Of a stretch of 59,210 nucleotides of DNA, positions 28,938 through 38,413 are shown in pieces. Under the pieces are notes generated by a model. That model ran no database searches. It was not told the DNA's origin and was given only the letters and a program-made list of their open reading frames with translations. Within the stretch, counting starts at the first letter, position 1. Each line of letters starts with the position of its first letter. The translations under genes were made by a program, and so were the position numbers. Location of the stretch: positions 8,327-67,536 of the forward strand of contig JBHLRP010000015.1 in assembly GCA_048882485.1 (NCBI GenBank), in the 5' to 3' direction. Source of the stretch: Candidatus Thorarchaeota archaeon (GTDB lineage Archaea > Asgardarchaeota > Thorarchaeia > Thorarchaeales > Thorarchaeaceae).

Positions 28938-29639
28938 ATGAAACAATGGAAGGGTATGCCACTCTTCGAAGTCACATTCAAAGTAAGTCATGATTGTCCA
29001 GTTGGAAACATTTCACGCAAGCATCCACCATTGAAGATATTTCAATGGTGTAATCGTGAACATGATGTCCTAGAGTTAGTTATTCGGAATCAGAACGAAT
29101 ACTCCAGCATTCGGGGTGATTTGCAGAAGACCATGAATATCATGAATGAGGTATCAGATAGCGATAGAGTACATTTGGTCACGAAATCATGTTCTTGTCT
29201 AGAACCTGGATCTGTAAGCCGCTATCTCGAGGAGTTGAACTTCCTCGAATTCAACCCAGTATATTATGAGAAGGGTTGGGAATACTACAGGATAGTTGCG
29301 TTCAAGCATGAAGATATCACGAGGTTGATGAGGAATCTCACAACTGAAGAGTTTGAAGTCGAAATACTACGAAAGAAACCGTACAGTGGTTCGTTCATCA
29401 GCTCAATGGCGATGACGGCAGATACTCTGTTCTCAGAACTGACAGATAAGCAAATGGATGCCCTGGTCACCGCTTACTCTCATGGATACTTCAGTTTTCC
29501 AAGAAGAGCGAATGTTCAGACGATAGCGGAGAGGTTGCATGTTCCAAGAACTACATTTGTCGATCATTTGAAGAAAGCGGAAGGAAAATTGGTGGCTGCA
29601 CTCGTCCCATATATCCAGCTTTTCCGGCGTGCAAAATAA
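28938..29639 (+). CDS. Bacterio-opsin-activator-type (HTH_10) transcription regulator
   Basis: N-terminal HDCP; C-terminal LTDKQ..AL..AY.HGYF.FPR.A....IA..L......F..HL.KAE.KL. Confidence 0.9.
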   Translation: MKQWKGMPLFEVTFKVSHDCPVGNISRKHPPLKIFQWCNREHDVLELVIRNQNEYSSIRGDLQKTMNIMNEVSDSDRVHLVTKSCSCLEPGSVSRYLEELNFLEFNPVYYEKGWEYYRIVAFKHEDITRLMRNLTTEEFEVEILRKKPYSGSFISSMAMTADTLFSELTDKQMDALVTAYSHGYFSFPRRANVQTIAERLHVPRTTFVDHLKKAEGKLVAALVPYIQLFRRAK

Positions 29640-29656
29640 TGCATAGCAACCGCTGT

Positions 29657-29736
29657 AAAATGAAAGGGGGCTCAGCAATGAGCATTTGGTAATCCCCCAA
29701 TACTCTATCATCGCCGCCTCTACTTCTCTCTATCTT
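29657..29736 (+). repeat. Dispersed repeat type A variant
   Basis: Core + GAGCATTTGGTAATCCCCCAATACTC + TATCATCGCCGCCTCTACTTCTCTCTA. Confidence 0.9.
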
Positions 29737-29930
29737 GAGATCTATTGCTGTTTCTCCATGCAGACATCAAAGCCCCAAGGATCCTGAACCTTGGAGGCCA
29801 ATGTGTATCGTAGTTTCTCGAAAAATCTGATAGCATCAATATCGGGGAGTGGTCCAGATGGAATTATTGGCGGTGTTGTAGGTGGGATTATATTCTCGTC
29901 GAGTTGTAGCAGCTTGGAATATCAGGCGTC

Positions 29931-30410
29931 CTATTCCATACTAGCAAGTACCCAATTAGCCACACTTTGTGCTACTTGATTCCTTTCAGTTTCAGGGACC
30001 GCGTCAATATCGAACACATTCGTATACTTCTTATAATGAGACAATGCATCGAATTGAACCAACTTATCTTCAGGAATCAGATTTTCTAGAATCCGTCCCC
30101 AACATCGCATAAAACATCCGTCGATTAGTATGACTTTGTCTGCTGCTGCAACCCAATTATCAAATCCTGAACCGGGCACAGTGAGTACTTCACCATGACA
30201 TGCTTGTCGAAACCCGTCGTTTTTCGAAACTATGTTTGCGGCTAATCGAGCGATTTCCCCTCGGATACATGCTCCTGCACAGGCTAGAATGGGTGTTTTC
30301 TTCTCCGACATAAATTGAGCACCCGTTTTCTCTCCAATAGGACACCGTTTAGTAGTTCCTGTTACATCTAGAGTAAAATCCGTATTCGGTTCTCTCATGA
30401 GCATTCTCAC
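29931..30410 (-). CDS. DGC-domain putative zinc-binding protein
   Basis: CP.GE, ACAGACIRGEIARLAAN, ACH, IDGCFMRC.GR. Confidence 0.75.
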   Translation of the reverse strand: MRMLMREPNTDFTLDVTGTTKRCPIGEKTGAQFMSEKKTPILACAGACIRGEIARLAANIVSKNDGFRQACHGEVLTVPGSGFDNWVAAADKVILIDGCFMRCWGRILENLIPEDKLVQFDALSHYKKYTNVFDIDAVPETERNQVAQSVANWVLASME

Positions 30411-30567
30411 ATTTTGTATGTCTGCAAACTGTGCTAATAAGCAGCTTAGTCGAATTTGCTATAGTACAAAAGGGTCAATAGACCTGAATCACAAATCAAA
30501 TCCTAATGCATCGAGCTAAAAGGCCCAATCATACTTCTTATTTGTCATTCGGCACACGCTCAATGTC

Positions 30568-31425
30568 ATGAGTGCCATTCATCTATCAAGAGAGTCAATA
30601 ATACGGGTTCTAGTCTTTATTGTAATCTATACACTGCTTGGATTGCTTATCCCACTTCAGGGATATGTTTCCCCAGGTTTTGCCATCGGCACGGTGATCA
30701 CGGCTTCTCTCTATGGTTTTGTCTTGTACTACTTGAACACAAGCATCCCTTTAGGGAAAAAAGGTCGGATATTGATGACATGGATTGCGGTCTATGTGAT
30801 TCAGATGTTCAATCCAGTTTTAGAGGGCATCTTTTTCACGACTCAGTTTGAGGGGCAGCCAGAGCTAGCATTTGGAGCTATTGTCTTCGGACTGGTTCTT
30901 ACTCTACCTACAGCACTTGTAGCAGGATTCCTGTTCAATCCAAAGGGGGAGATTACCAGCTTTAGTCAACTCAACGAAGAATACTTCAATGGATGGACTT
31001 CCTCACAATTTGCGATACGATTCATAGTTGCATCTATGATGTGGTTAGTCATCTATTATACGATTGGAAGCATCATTGCACCTTTGGTACTTCCTTACTA
31101 TACTGATGGAAGTGTAGGCTACAACTTGACACTTCCTGCAGTTGAAATTGTAATTCTGCTTCAGACCATTCGAGGATTCATCTATGTTCTCAGTGTTCTT
31201 CCAATTGTCATATCAGTGAATCTGAATAGGAAATCACTAGCAATCATACTAGTTGCACTCCTTTATATTGCAGGTGCCTTGGCTGTATTTGTCATTTCTG
31301 AGCAATTTCCAGTCTTCTTGCGAATTGTCCATGGAATTGAGTTGTTTGTTGATTCATTGATTGCAGGCATCGTGATTGCCTATATTGTAGGAAAGCCCGG
31401 GGAATCTGTGCAGAACATGGAGTAA
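30568..31425 (+). CDS. Multi-pass membrane protein
   Basis: About 8 hydrophobic helices, E..FFT and PYY motifs. No function assigned. Confidence 0.75.
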   Translation: MSAIHLSRESIIRVLVFIVIYTLLGLLIPLQGYVSPGFAIGTVITASLYGFVLYYLNTSIPLGKKGRILMTWIAVYVIQMFNPVLEGIFFTTQFEGQPELAFGAIVFGLVLTLPTALVAGFLFNPKGEITSFSQLNEEYFNGWTSSQFAIRFIVASMMWLVIYYTIGSIIAPLVLPYYTDGSVGYNLTLPAVEIVILLQTIRGFIYVLSVLPIVISVNLNRKSLAIILVALLYIAGALAVFVISEQFPVFLRIVHGIELFVDSLIAGIVIAYIVGKPGESVQNME

Positions 31426-31508
31426 TTGGGTTCTATCAATAAGGCAATACAGTATGGTCAGGACAGATACTACCTTCTTCATCGAGGTTAATCGTCACAT
31501 ATTGAATG

Positions 31509-31556
31509 AAAATGAAATGGTGCTCAGCAATGAGTAATTACCCAAATACTCGATTA
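31509..31556 (+). repeat. Dispersed repeat, truncated
   Basis: AAAATGAAATGGTGCTCAGCAATGAGTAATTACCCAAATACTC. Confidence 0.8.
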
Positions 31557-31594
31557 CTCTGACTCCATGATGTAGTCCGCCAAAAACCGAGGAG

Positions 31595-31614
31595 ATACTG
31601 TCATATGACAGTAT
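31595..31614. promoter_or_regulatory. Perfect 20-bp palindrome ATACTGTCATATGACAGTAT upstream of the second Bat-type HTH gene
   Basis: Exact inverted repeat about 30 bp before the start; core GT(A/C)ATAT(G/T)AC shared with 28880-28918. Confidence 0.65.
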
Positions 31615-31641
31615 ACAATACATTACGCAATAAGGAGAGAA

Positions 31642-32385
31642 TTGGTTATGACTCTATTTGAACTTGAATTCAAGATTCGACACAATTGTAGATTAGCGGA
31701 CTTCTCCCTTCGACGACCCCTTGCAGGTGTGCACATGTGGAGAATAAAGAATCATGAGATCATTGAGGTCTTTTCTCGAGATGGGTCAGAAAATCCAGAT
31801 GCCCTAGAAGATGCGTGTGCTCTTGACGGCATAATTGATCATGTTGGAAATAAGTACCAGAACTATCTCATAGCAAAATCAATTCCATGTGGAGTGGACA
31901 AAACCATCGAAGATTGCTCATCCAAGCTCGATATTCTTCATTTGGCACCTGTTAGTTACTACAATGGATGGGAGTATCATAAGGTGGTAGCATTCAGACA
32001 AGATGACATAACCAATCTCATAGAAGAATTTCAAGAGGACAGCTACATACCGTCGATTCTCCGCAAAGTACCATTCAGTGGGTTCTCTGCAGGGTCGATG
32101 ACAGTGCGAACAGAGTCTTTGTTCCAAGGCTTGACTGATCTGCAGACTGATGCAGTTCTTACTGCGCATTCTCATGGATATTACCGAATACCAAGAGCTG
32201 CAGATGTCAAGGCAATATCAAACAGCATAGGTGTCAGAAGGACTACTTTTCAGGAACATCTGCGAAAAGGAGAGAACAAAATCATGCAAGCGCTAACACC
32301 CCATCTTCATACCTGGCATCATTTCTCAGGGAAGAAGGGATCTCATCCAATGTCAGTTGGCACGGGTATAGCTGAAAAAATCTGA
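31642..32385 (+). CDS. Bacterio-opsin-activator-type (HTH_10) regulator, paralogue of 28938..29639
   Basis: LFE..FK..H.C, PV.Y..GWEY, LRK.P.SG, LTD.Q..A..TA..HGYY..PR.A, TTF.EHLRKGE.K. Confidence 0.88.
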   Translation: MVMTLFELEFKIRHNCRLADFSLRRPLAGVHMWRIKNHEIIEVFSRDGSENPDALEDACALDGIIDHVGNKYQNYLIAKSIPCGVDKTIEDCSSKLDILHLAPVSYYNGWEYHKVVAFRQDDITNLIEEFQEDSYIPSILRKVPFSGFSAGSMTVRTESLFQGLTDLQTDAVLTAHSHGYYRIPRAADVKAISNSIGVRRTTFQEHLRKGENKIMQALTPHLHTWHHFSGKKGSHPMSVGTGIAEKI

Positions 32386-32390
32386 GCCTT

Positions 32391-32777
32391 CTATAGTTTA
32401 AGAGATGTGTAAGATTTGCTGATGATTAACCATTTGCCTTCATCTTGAAGAAGTGTAAGGTAGTCTGTAAGTATAGTCCTCTCGATTGGAGTTTCTCTGA
32501 GTACCATCACCTTTGCAGAAGCGATGTTTCTAGTCACATCGATTGACGCAATCGTACTGGTTCTCTTTTCTTCCTGATCTATCGGATTCTTGCACCAATC
32601 TTCCCAGAATGAACGAGGGACTGAATTCACTTCACCATCCCTTACAAAACTCATTCTTGCTTCAGAATGCCAGGATTCTTGAAACTTATTCCAGTCTTTG
32701 TGTTTCACTGCCTCCAGATAGGTATTGACCGTTTCTCGAACATTCTCTATTTCTTCGATCATAATTCTAAGCTCCAA
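32391..32777 (-). CDS. NTF2-like (SnoaL/lumazine-binding-like) protein
   Basis: V..Y.EA.....W..F...WH..A, I.SIDV...IASAKV, TDYL.LL...GKW.IISK. Confidence 0.8.
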   Translation of the reverse strand: MELRIMIEEIENVRETVNTYLEAVKHKDWNKFQESWHSEARMSFVRDGEVNSVPRSFWEDWCKNPIDQEEKRTSTIASIDVTRNIASAKVMVLRETPIERTILTDYLTLLQDEGKWLIISKSYTSLKL

Positions 32778-32871
32778 GTTTTGATGTGTTGTCTTGAGGC
32801 TGTATCAGACATAAGGTTAGTACTGACTTTAGACTGGACCAAGTAATCAGAACGGGGGATGAAAGAGATGC

Positions 32872-32897
32872 AAAATGAAAGGGTGCTCAGCAATGCG
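32872..32897 (+). repeat. Dispersed repeat, perfect core only
   Basis: AAAATGAAAGGGTGCTCAGCAATG. Confidence 0.8.
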
Positions 32898-32992
32898 GAG
32901 AGAACCACCAACTTAAGATGAAAGATGATAGTGCAGGCGCCAACTCTTGTTTCAGTGAACAATCATCGTTCTGGCCCCTATTCCTACTTTGA

Positions 32993-34126
32993 TCAATATT
33001 TCAGTTCGTGTGGATATCTGGTCAATACTAGAGGCGTATCTTTTCCTACCACAACCGTGTCTTCTAACCTTATGCCCCATTCTGAAGTATAGATTCCGCA
33101 ATTGCCGATGGCAATGGGTGTGTTCTCTGTAAGGGGAGGAGGGGCTTTTTCGCCATGGAAGAAAGCATGACCAGGAGGCAGTGGAGCTTCCTCGAAATTA
33201 ATCCCTATTCCGTGTATGGGAGGGCCAAAGATGTTCTCTCCGTAGCCAGCGGCCTGAATCACATTATGAAGCGTCCTTTCAAGCTCAATCATTCCCACTC
33301 CTGCAACTGACTTTGTCGTCGTCTTCAGTAATGCTTCCAGGTATACATTGTATGCCTTGACCTGTTCATCTGTTGGCTCTCCAACACAGGCCATTCTACA
33401 GATATCAGAGGAATAGCTTTTTACAATAGGATGAAAATCGATTAAGATGACATCGCCATCCTGCACTTTGCGATTCGTTGGAATTCCATGGGCGATTCGT
33501 GTCCGTATCCCACTCGCCACATAAGAACGCCAAAAGCCTTCGGCACCAGCTTGACGCATGGCATATTCACCTTCTCCCGCAATCTGGCTCTCAGTCATTC
33601 CAGCCTTGATAGAAGTTATTGCGGCTTCCATTCCTGCATCAGCAACTCTCCCTGCTTCTTTCATTAATTCTATCTCGAAAGAATCTTTCACTGTCCTCAG
33701 TTTAGAGAGAATATCTGTGCAATCTGCGACTGTTACAGCCTCAGGCTTTGCATGGGGATGTGTCAGCATCTTCATCATTGAACTGGTTAGGAACGTGTAT
33801 TCCAATCCAACAACGCCCTTACTGACTCCAAACTGTTTGAAGAAGTCTGCAATTGAATGGATCATCCCTACCTCATCCTCGAAGGACAAAATATGGTCAA
33901 AATATGCTAGATCGGTTACATCCTCCACATCTGTTTTTGGAACTCCCATTGCAACCTGTTTGTCACTGTTTATCATTATAAAGGCGCACAGACGTCCATC
34001 TCCAGTGAAGTAGTACATGTTTGAAGGCTTTGTTAACAACAGGACACCTAGGCCGTCTCTCTTCATTGCCTTGGTACAATTATCAACACGTTGGTCGAAA
34101 ACTCTCCTATCAATATTGGCTTTCAA
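32993..34126 (-). CDS. M24 family peptidase/hydrolase (Xaa-Pro aminopeptidase/creatinase fold)
   Basis: N-terminal creatinase domain; LRTVKD..EI, AHG, D...Y.SD..R, HGIG, GIRLED. Confidence 0.88.
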   Translation of the reverse strand: MKANIDRRVFDQRVDNCTKAMKRDGLGVLLLTKPSNMYYFTGDGRLCAFIMINSDKQVAMGVPKTDVEDVTDLAYFDHILSFEDEVGMIHSIADFFKQFGVSKGVVGLEYTFLTSSMMKMLTHPHAKPEAVTVADCTDILSKLRTVKDSFEIELMKEAGRVADAGMEAAITSIKAGMTESQIAGEGEYAMRQAGAEGFWRSYVASGIRTRIAHGIPTNRKVQDGDVILIDFHPIVKSYSSDICRMACVGEPTDEQVKAYNVYLEALLKTTTKSVAGVGMIELERTLHNVIQAAGYGENIFGPPIHGIGINFEEAPLPPGHAFFHGEKAPPPLTENTPIAIGNCGIYTSEWGIRLEDTVVVGKDTPLVLTRYPHELKY

Positions 34127-34353
34127 TTCTAGTCACCTGGCTCTCCATACCATGCACTTGAAAAGCTCGGCTCATAAGTCTAGTCACCAACCAACCTAGA
34201 CTCATTATGATGTTACTGGATTCTTGACTCCCTTCCAATAGCCGTTTCTAGACAGCTTAGGTGAATGCAAGGAGGTCCTCATTGAAGTAGTTCACAACAG
34301 GAGTCTATTAATTCACAAGGCGATTGACATCCGATTTGATACAATAAGAGTGG

Positions 34354-34427
34354 AAAATGAGAGGGTGCTCAGCAGGTGGAGAATGGGAAAGTTCCCTGTT
34401 CATCCGACCCCTTCAGCCTCCGCTTCT
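34354..34427 (+). repeat. Dispersed repeat, degenerate
   Basis: AAAATGAGAGGGTGCTCAGCAGGTGGAGAATGGGAAAGTTCCC...GCCTCCGCTTCT. Confidence 0.75.
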
Positions 34428-34458
34428 TGGCCATCTAATCTTGATTTGAATGACTATG

Positions 34459-34620
34459 CTATGAAAGCGAGAGTTTGGATGACTTTGTTGCATGTCGCGT
34501 TATTTCAAGATTGCATGATTTGTGTTTAATACACCATTGCTCACATTTCTTTGCCCAGTCTTCATCTTCATACATTAGATGGCATTCCTCACATTCATAG
34601 AGCCCGTTAATTTCCTTCAT
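34459..34620 (-). CDS. Small zinc-finger protein
   Basis: YECEECHLMYEDEDWAKKCEQWC..HKSCNLEITRHA; CxxC/C/C/H ligand set. Confidence 0.7.
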   Translation of the reverse strand: MKEINGLYECEECHLMYEDEDWAKKCEQWCIKHKSCNLEITRHATKSSKLSLS

Positions 34621-34686
34621 AATCTTGAGTTTCACTTGGACAGTTATCTCTGTTATGAAAGGGGAGTTTGAGTAATTCACTGAAGA

Positions 34687-34780
34687 AAAATGAAAGGGTG
34701 CTCAGCAATGTGAGAAGGGCATTTCCCCAATACTCTATCTCACCGCCGCCTACACTTCTCTCTACCTTGGAAGGAAAAGG
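34687..34780 (+). repeat. Dispersed repeat, full type A (near consensus)
   Basis: AAAATGAAAGGGTGCTCAGCAATGTGAGAAGGGCATTTCCCCAATACTCTATCTCACCGCCGCCTACACTTCTCTCTACCTTGGAAGG. Confidence 0.95.
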
Positions 34781-34994
34781 AATCCAACCTAGCTGACTAT
34801 GAATCAAAGATATCTATTATTGCGGCCTGTCGATGCTCGATTTCTATCTGGTTCACACACCGCCTGCTCTGAACGTCATCTTTAATTCAAGCCAGAATAA
34901 TGGCCTCTGATAAGATACAATCTCTATGCGAATTCAGATTCTTGGAATCAGAAGCAAAAACACAGGTGCAGATAGGTTTCGAAGGGATCCTAAG

Positions 34995-36107
34995 ATGAAG
35001 ACTAGGACCGCCATTGTCATTTGGATTATAGCTTTGATCCTCACTCTAAATCCGGGAACAATTCACTTAGTATCTGGAGCAGATACGAATGAGGTTGTGC
35101 TAGCAAGGATAGGGCAGATTGAAACTGCCGATGCTTATGATTTGTGGGTTGATCCTAACAATGACATTGCCTATGTCACCTGCGGTTACTCCGGAGTAAT
35201 AGTACTCGATGTAAGCGAACCTCACAATCCGACTGAGCTAGCACTTATGCCTTCTTCTTCAAATGGATATGCCCATCAGTTTGTCATGCGCGAGAATCTG
35301 ATGTTCATAGGTGATGGCAATGGTGGGCTCAAAATTATCGACTGGGCGAACTTGTCGAATCCTAATCTTTTGAGCCAGTATACCGGGGAGTATTCATGGG
35401 ATGTAGAGGTGGAAGGAAATACTGCATTCGTGGCCAATGGCTTCATGGGCAGTGGCGATAGACTAACAATTGTCAATATTACTGATCCTACCAATCCCAT
35501 GCTTTTAGGAAGCCACACTACCGTCGGAGACGCAACCGACATTGAAGTTGCGGAGAATCTGGCATTTGTGACAACCAGCTACGCCGGAATCACTGTCTTT
35601 GATGTGAGTAATCGCACGAATCCGGTTCAGGTAGGACAGTACACAGGACAATCGACTAGCAATGCAGAATTGGGCGACCTCGAAATTGTTGACAACTTGG
35701 CCTATCTGAGTTATTGGGAGAAAGGCTTGAAGGTACTGAATATTAGTGACATATCAAGTATTGAATTGGTAGCTGAATTCAATGAGAGTTTGAATGCTTT
35801 TTCAGTCCACATCGAGAGGGACAGCAGTCTGGGCTTTCTCTGTGACCACGAACTGGGGTTAGTGGTGCTGGACATCAGTATTCCAACCCAACCTAATGAG
35901 ATTGGCCAATACTTTGATGGGGGCAAGCCCAATCGCATACAAGTGGTAGATAATCTCGTCTACATGACTGACTCAGATAATGGATTCGTTATTCTAGAGA
36001 TTATAGAGAATCATACATTCATATCAGGTTTTGAGCTGGTATTGATTGTTGGAAGCATCGTGTCCATCCTCGCAGTTGGTTGGTGGCTAAGAAAGAGAAA
36101 ATCATAA
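34995..36107 (+). CDS. Secreted LVIVD-repeat beta-propeller protein with C-terminal membrane anchor
   Basis: Signal peptide; repeated AYV...G..V.DVS.P.NP units; C-terminal TM followed by RKRKS. Confidence 0.85.
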   Translation: MKTRTAIVIWIIALILTLNPGTIHLVSGADTNEVVLARIGQIETADAYDLWVDPNNDIAYVTCGYSGVIVLDVSEPHNPTELALMPSSSNGYAHQFVMRENLMFIGDGNGGLKIIDWANLSNPNLLSQYTGEYSWDVEVEGNTAFVANGFMGSGDRLTIVNITDPTNPMLLGSHTTVGDATDIEVAENLAFVTTSYAGITVFDVSNRTNPVQVGQYTGQSTSNAELGDLEIVDNLAYLSYWEKGLKVLNISDISSIELVAEFNESLNAFSVHIERDSSLGFLCDHELGLVVLDISIPTQPNEIGQYFDGGKPNRIQVVDNLVYMTDSDNGFVILEIIENHTFISGFELVLIVGSIVSILAVGWWLRKRKS

Positions 36108-36155
36108 TTCAATGATGAAAATCTGGGAAAATCTTGATTGTTAAGATTATAATGC

Positions 36156-36180
36156 AAAATAGAAGCGTGCTCAACAGCAG
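36156..36180 (+). repeat. Dispersed repeat, degenerate core
   Basis: AAAATAGAAGCGTGCTCAACAGCAG. Confidence 0.55.
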
Positions 36181-36206
36181 ATATGATTTAGCCAAAACTG
36201 TGTAAC

Positions 36207-36593
36207 TCAACTAGGTCTGGAACGAATGAAGCCGCCAATGAATTGAGATTTGACACTCACATCGATCCCCGATCCAGCAACCTTCTTAATCATCTCTATA
36301 GCATAATTGTGGGGCGTGCCATAAATCTCGATGCTGGTTGGTTCAATGAACTTGTAGGTTATTTTTGTTCGTTGATCAGCTCCCTGTAATTGTTGATCTA
36401 ATGCCTCCGCATTCGGAAAGATACGAATGATATCCACCTCAGTGGCATCGTCGTTGATGTATGCAAGCTGGATAATCGTACCTTGCTTGCTTTTCTCTGT
36501 CTGCGGGATGCTTTTCTGGTAGTGATTCTTGAAATCATCGAACATCCCTTGCTTTACTCGATGGCGGATGATGAATACGATAGAGTCAGTCAT
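36207..36593 (-). CDS. ABM/dimeric alpha-beta barrel-like protein
   Basis: IVFI...VK.G..DDFK, GT...LAY.NDD.TEV, IEIYGTP, GGF.R. Confidence 0.65.
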   Translation of the reverse strand: MTDSIVFIIRHRVKQGMFDDFKNHYQKSIPQTEKSKQGTIIQLAYINDDATEVDIIRIFPNAEALDQQLQGADQRTKITYKFIEPTSIEIYGTPHNYAIEMIKKVAGSGIDVSVKSQFIGGFIRSRPS

Positions 36594-36617
36594 TTGGCAT
36601 CATTCTGCAAACGATTC

Positions 36618-37049
36618 TTAGGTTTCAGACTCGATGAGCTGCTTCATATTTCGACCACTCCGTTCCAAGCGGCTGGTTATGAAACTCTTATCCATGGACT
36701 CAGCCATTCCGGGAATATCAATAACAGTCGTTACGGTGGTTTGATTCTCACCTACAGCCTCGAATGTAATCAGTCCACGCATCTCAGCGGGACCGTCATG
36801 GATAATCGTTCCCATGGCACGGTTAGGCTCGAATTCCACCACTTCCATGGTCCCCTCAACGGGAGTACCGCTGCGGCTGTTGCGTCTGCGAATAATTGTC
36901 CCAACTCCAATTGGACCGTCCGATTCCAGAGAGAGCTCTATGTCTGGATCCCAGCGTGGATGGTTACGGACGTGTTGTTCAGCGACGAAGTGAAAAACTT
37001 TTGTTACTGGCCGATTAATAACCTGCGAGTATCTTATTTGTGCTGGCAT
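36618..37049 (-). CDS. SRPBCC/polyketide-cyclase family protein
   Basis: I.RPV..VF.FVA...NHPRWDP, GPIGVGT, EVVEFEPNR, MKQLIES. Confidence 0.85.
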   Translation of the reverse strand: MPAQIRYSQVINRPVTKVFHFVAEQHVRNHPRWDPDIELSLESDGPIGVGTIIRRRNSRSGTPVEGTMEVVEFEPNRAMGTIIHDGPAEMRGLITFEAVGENQTTVTTVIDIPGMAESMDKSFITSRLERSGRNMKQLIESET

Positions 37050-37151
37050 GGTCCTCACCGTATATTAACTATTGTTAATATGATGCCCTAGTTCATATAA
37101 TCTTAGTGTTAGGTGTCCATCTATAACAGCCAAGTCAGGAATGATAATCGC

Positions 37152-37296
37152 AAAATGAAGAGGGTGCTCAACAGTGTGGGCAGGTAAGGACCATACTCTT
37201 GGCGCGTGGGCAACCTGTCGATTAGAAAGCGTACTCCTATCGTAAGCCAGCATCTCTCTCTGTCAGAGAACGAGCAAGCTGTTTCGCAATTTGAAT
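37152..37296 (+). repeat. Dispersed repeat type B (core + long alternative tail)
   Basis: Core + GGTAAGGACCA...GGCAACCT...AAGCC...CTCTCT...CAAGCTGT, homologous to 56820-56956. Confidence 0.75.
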
Positions 37297-37318
37297 CGTG
37301 TGACAATCTTGTGGCGAT

Positions 37319-38305
37319 TTATTTTGTAAATTGATACTGTTGATAATCGTTCTTGCAAGGATATCCTACCGCCAGATGAACCATACCGGTGCCAAGTTCA
37401 CAGAACCAAGAATAGATAGTGCCTCCAGGGGGATTATTCAGGTGCTCACATATACCAGTATTATGACTCCTACAGATTCTCTTGATGTCTTCAAGATTTA
37501 TGTCATTATTGGATTGAGTGAACCATTCCATGATTCGACGATGATAGGTCCATGCCCGGTCATCCTTTGGCATAGAGTCCAATTCTTTCATACTATCAAG
37601 CATGAAGAAATTACACACGATTCTAAGGTTGCCCTCAGAAATTTCGGCATCGACCCTTATTGGCGTGCATTCCACACGTGCTGAAACCCCTGTCTTGTCA
37701 GCGACAAGATATACTATTGGCCGAACATGAGGAATACTCTTTAGATATTCGACGGTTTCTTCAACACTAGAGAAATTGTCTAGCGACCATCTTGTAGCAA
37801 GACTCTCAAGAATACCTACTCCATTCTCTCCAATATAGAATGGAATGGAGGCCGATCCTATTGCCAGTCCAGTTTCATTCAATCCATCAAAGCATCCAAG
37901 ATCAGCAAAGTTGAAACCAAGTACAGAATGCTTTCCTACTGGTTTCGTCTGAAGCAGATTAAGAAACTTGAGATCATCTTCTATCCAATCCATGTGGCGC
38001 ACAAAGATAGGCAGTCTATTGCGAGTGCTTTCTCCCTTTACAAAAAAAAGATTACAACCATTTGAAGCCACAGGGAGAATATGTGTAGCAAGAATCTGCG
38101 GATACTCCAGACCTATTCCATCTGAAAATCCTCTCAGCTCGTCAAGTAGATCAGGGGCATGTGCCCTCACTGCGTCTTCACAGGCATATGCGTACTCCAA
38201 TCTCTCATTATCAGGAGTATGATATAGTGGCTTATCAGCCCTCCGGGACCTTCCAAACGCCTTTCCAATTTCGTAGTAGCTACCTTCGAGCTGTAGATAT
38301 TCCAA
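37319..38305 (-). CDS. Peptidase C45 / acyl-CoA:6-APA acyltransferase family (Ntn hydrolase)
   Basis: LEGSYYEIG..FG, P.LLDELRG, GCN nucleophile, R.MDW, DGLNE.GL, D..G...VE. Confidence 0.85.
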   Translation of the reverse strand: MEYLQLEGSYYEIGKAFGRSRRADKPLYHTPDNERLEYAYACEDAVRAHAPDLLDELRGFSDGIGLEYPQILATHILPVASNGCNLFFVKGESTRNRLPIFVRHMDWIEDDLKFLNLLQTKPVGKHSVLGFNFADLGCFDGLNETGLAIGSASIPFYIGENGVGILESLATRWSLDNFSSVEETVEYLKSIPHVRPIVYLVADKTGVSARVECTPIRVDAEISEGNLRIVCNFFMLDSMKELDSMPKDDRAWTYHRRIMEWFTQSNNDINLEDIKRICRSHNTGICEHLNNPPGGTIYSWFCELGTGMVHLAVGYPCKNDYQQYQFTK

Positions 38306-38413
38306 TATTCATCTCTCCGCTTATCATTAGGCTGAATTCTAAATTGAAGTATGAAGCTCAATATTGAATTATAAGAATTTGCAGGAATTGTATATACTAT
38401 CTATTCAATTGAT

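Noticed and set aside
34687-34780. Repeat as SECIS element or simple terminator
   Set aside because: Adjacent genes have no in-frame TGA, and repeat orientation is independent of gene orientation. A secondary terminator role on the minus strand is not excluded.
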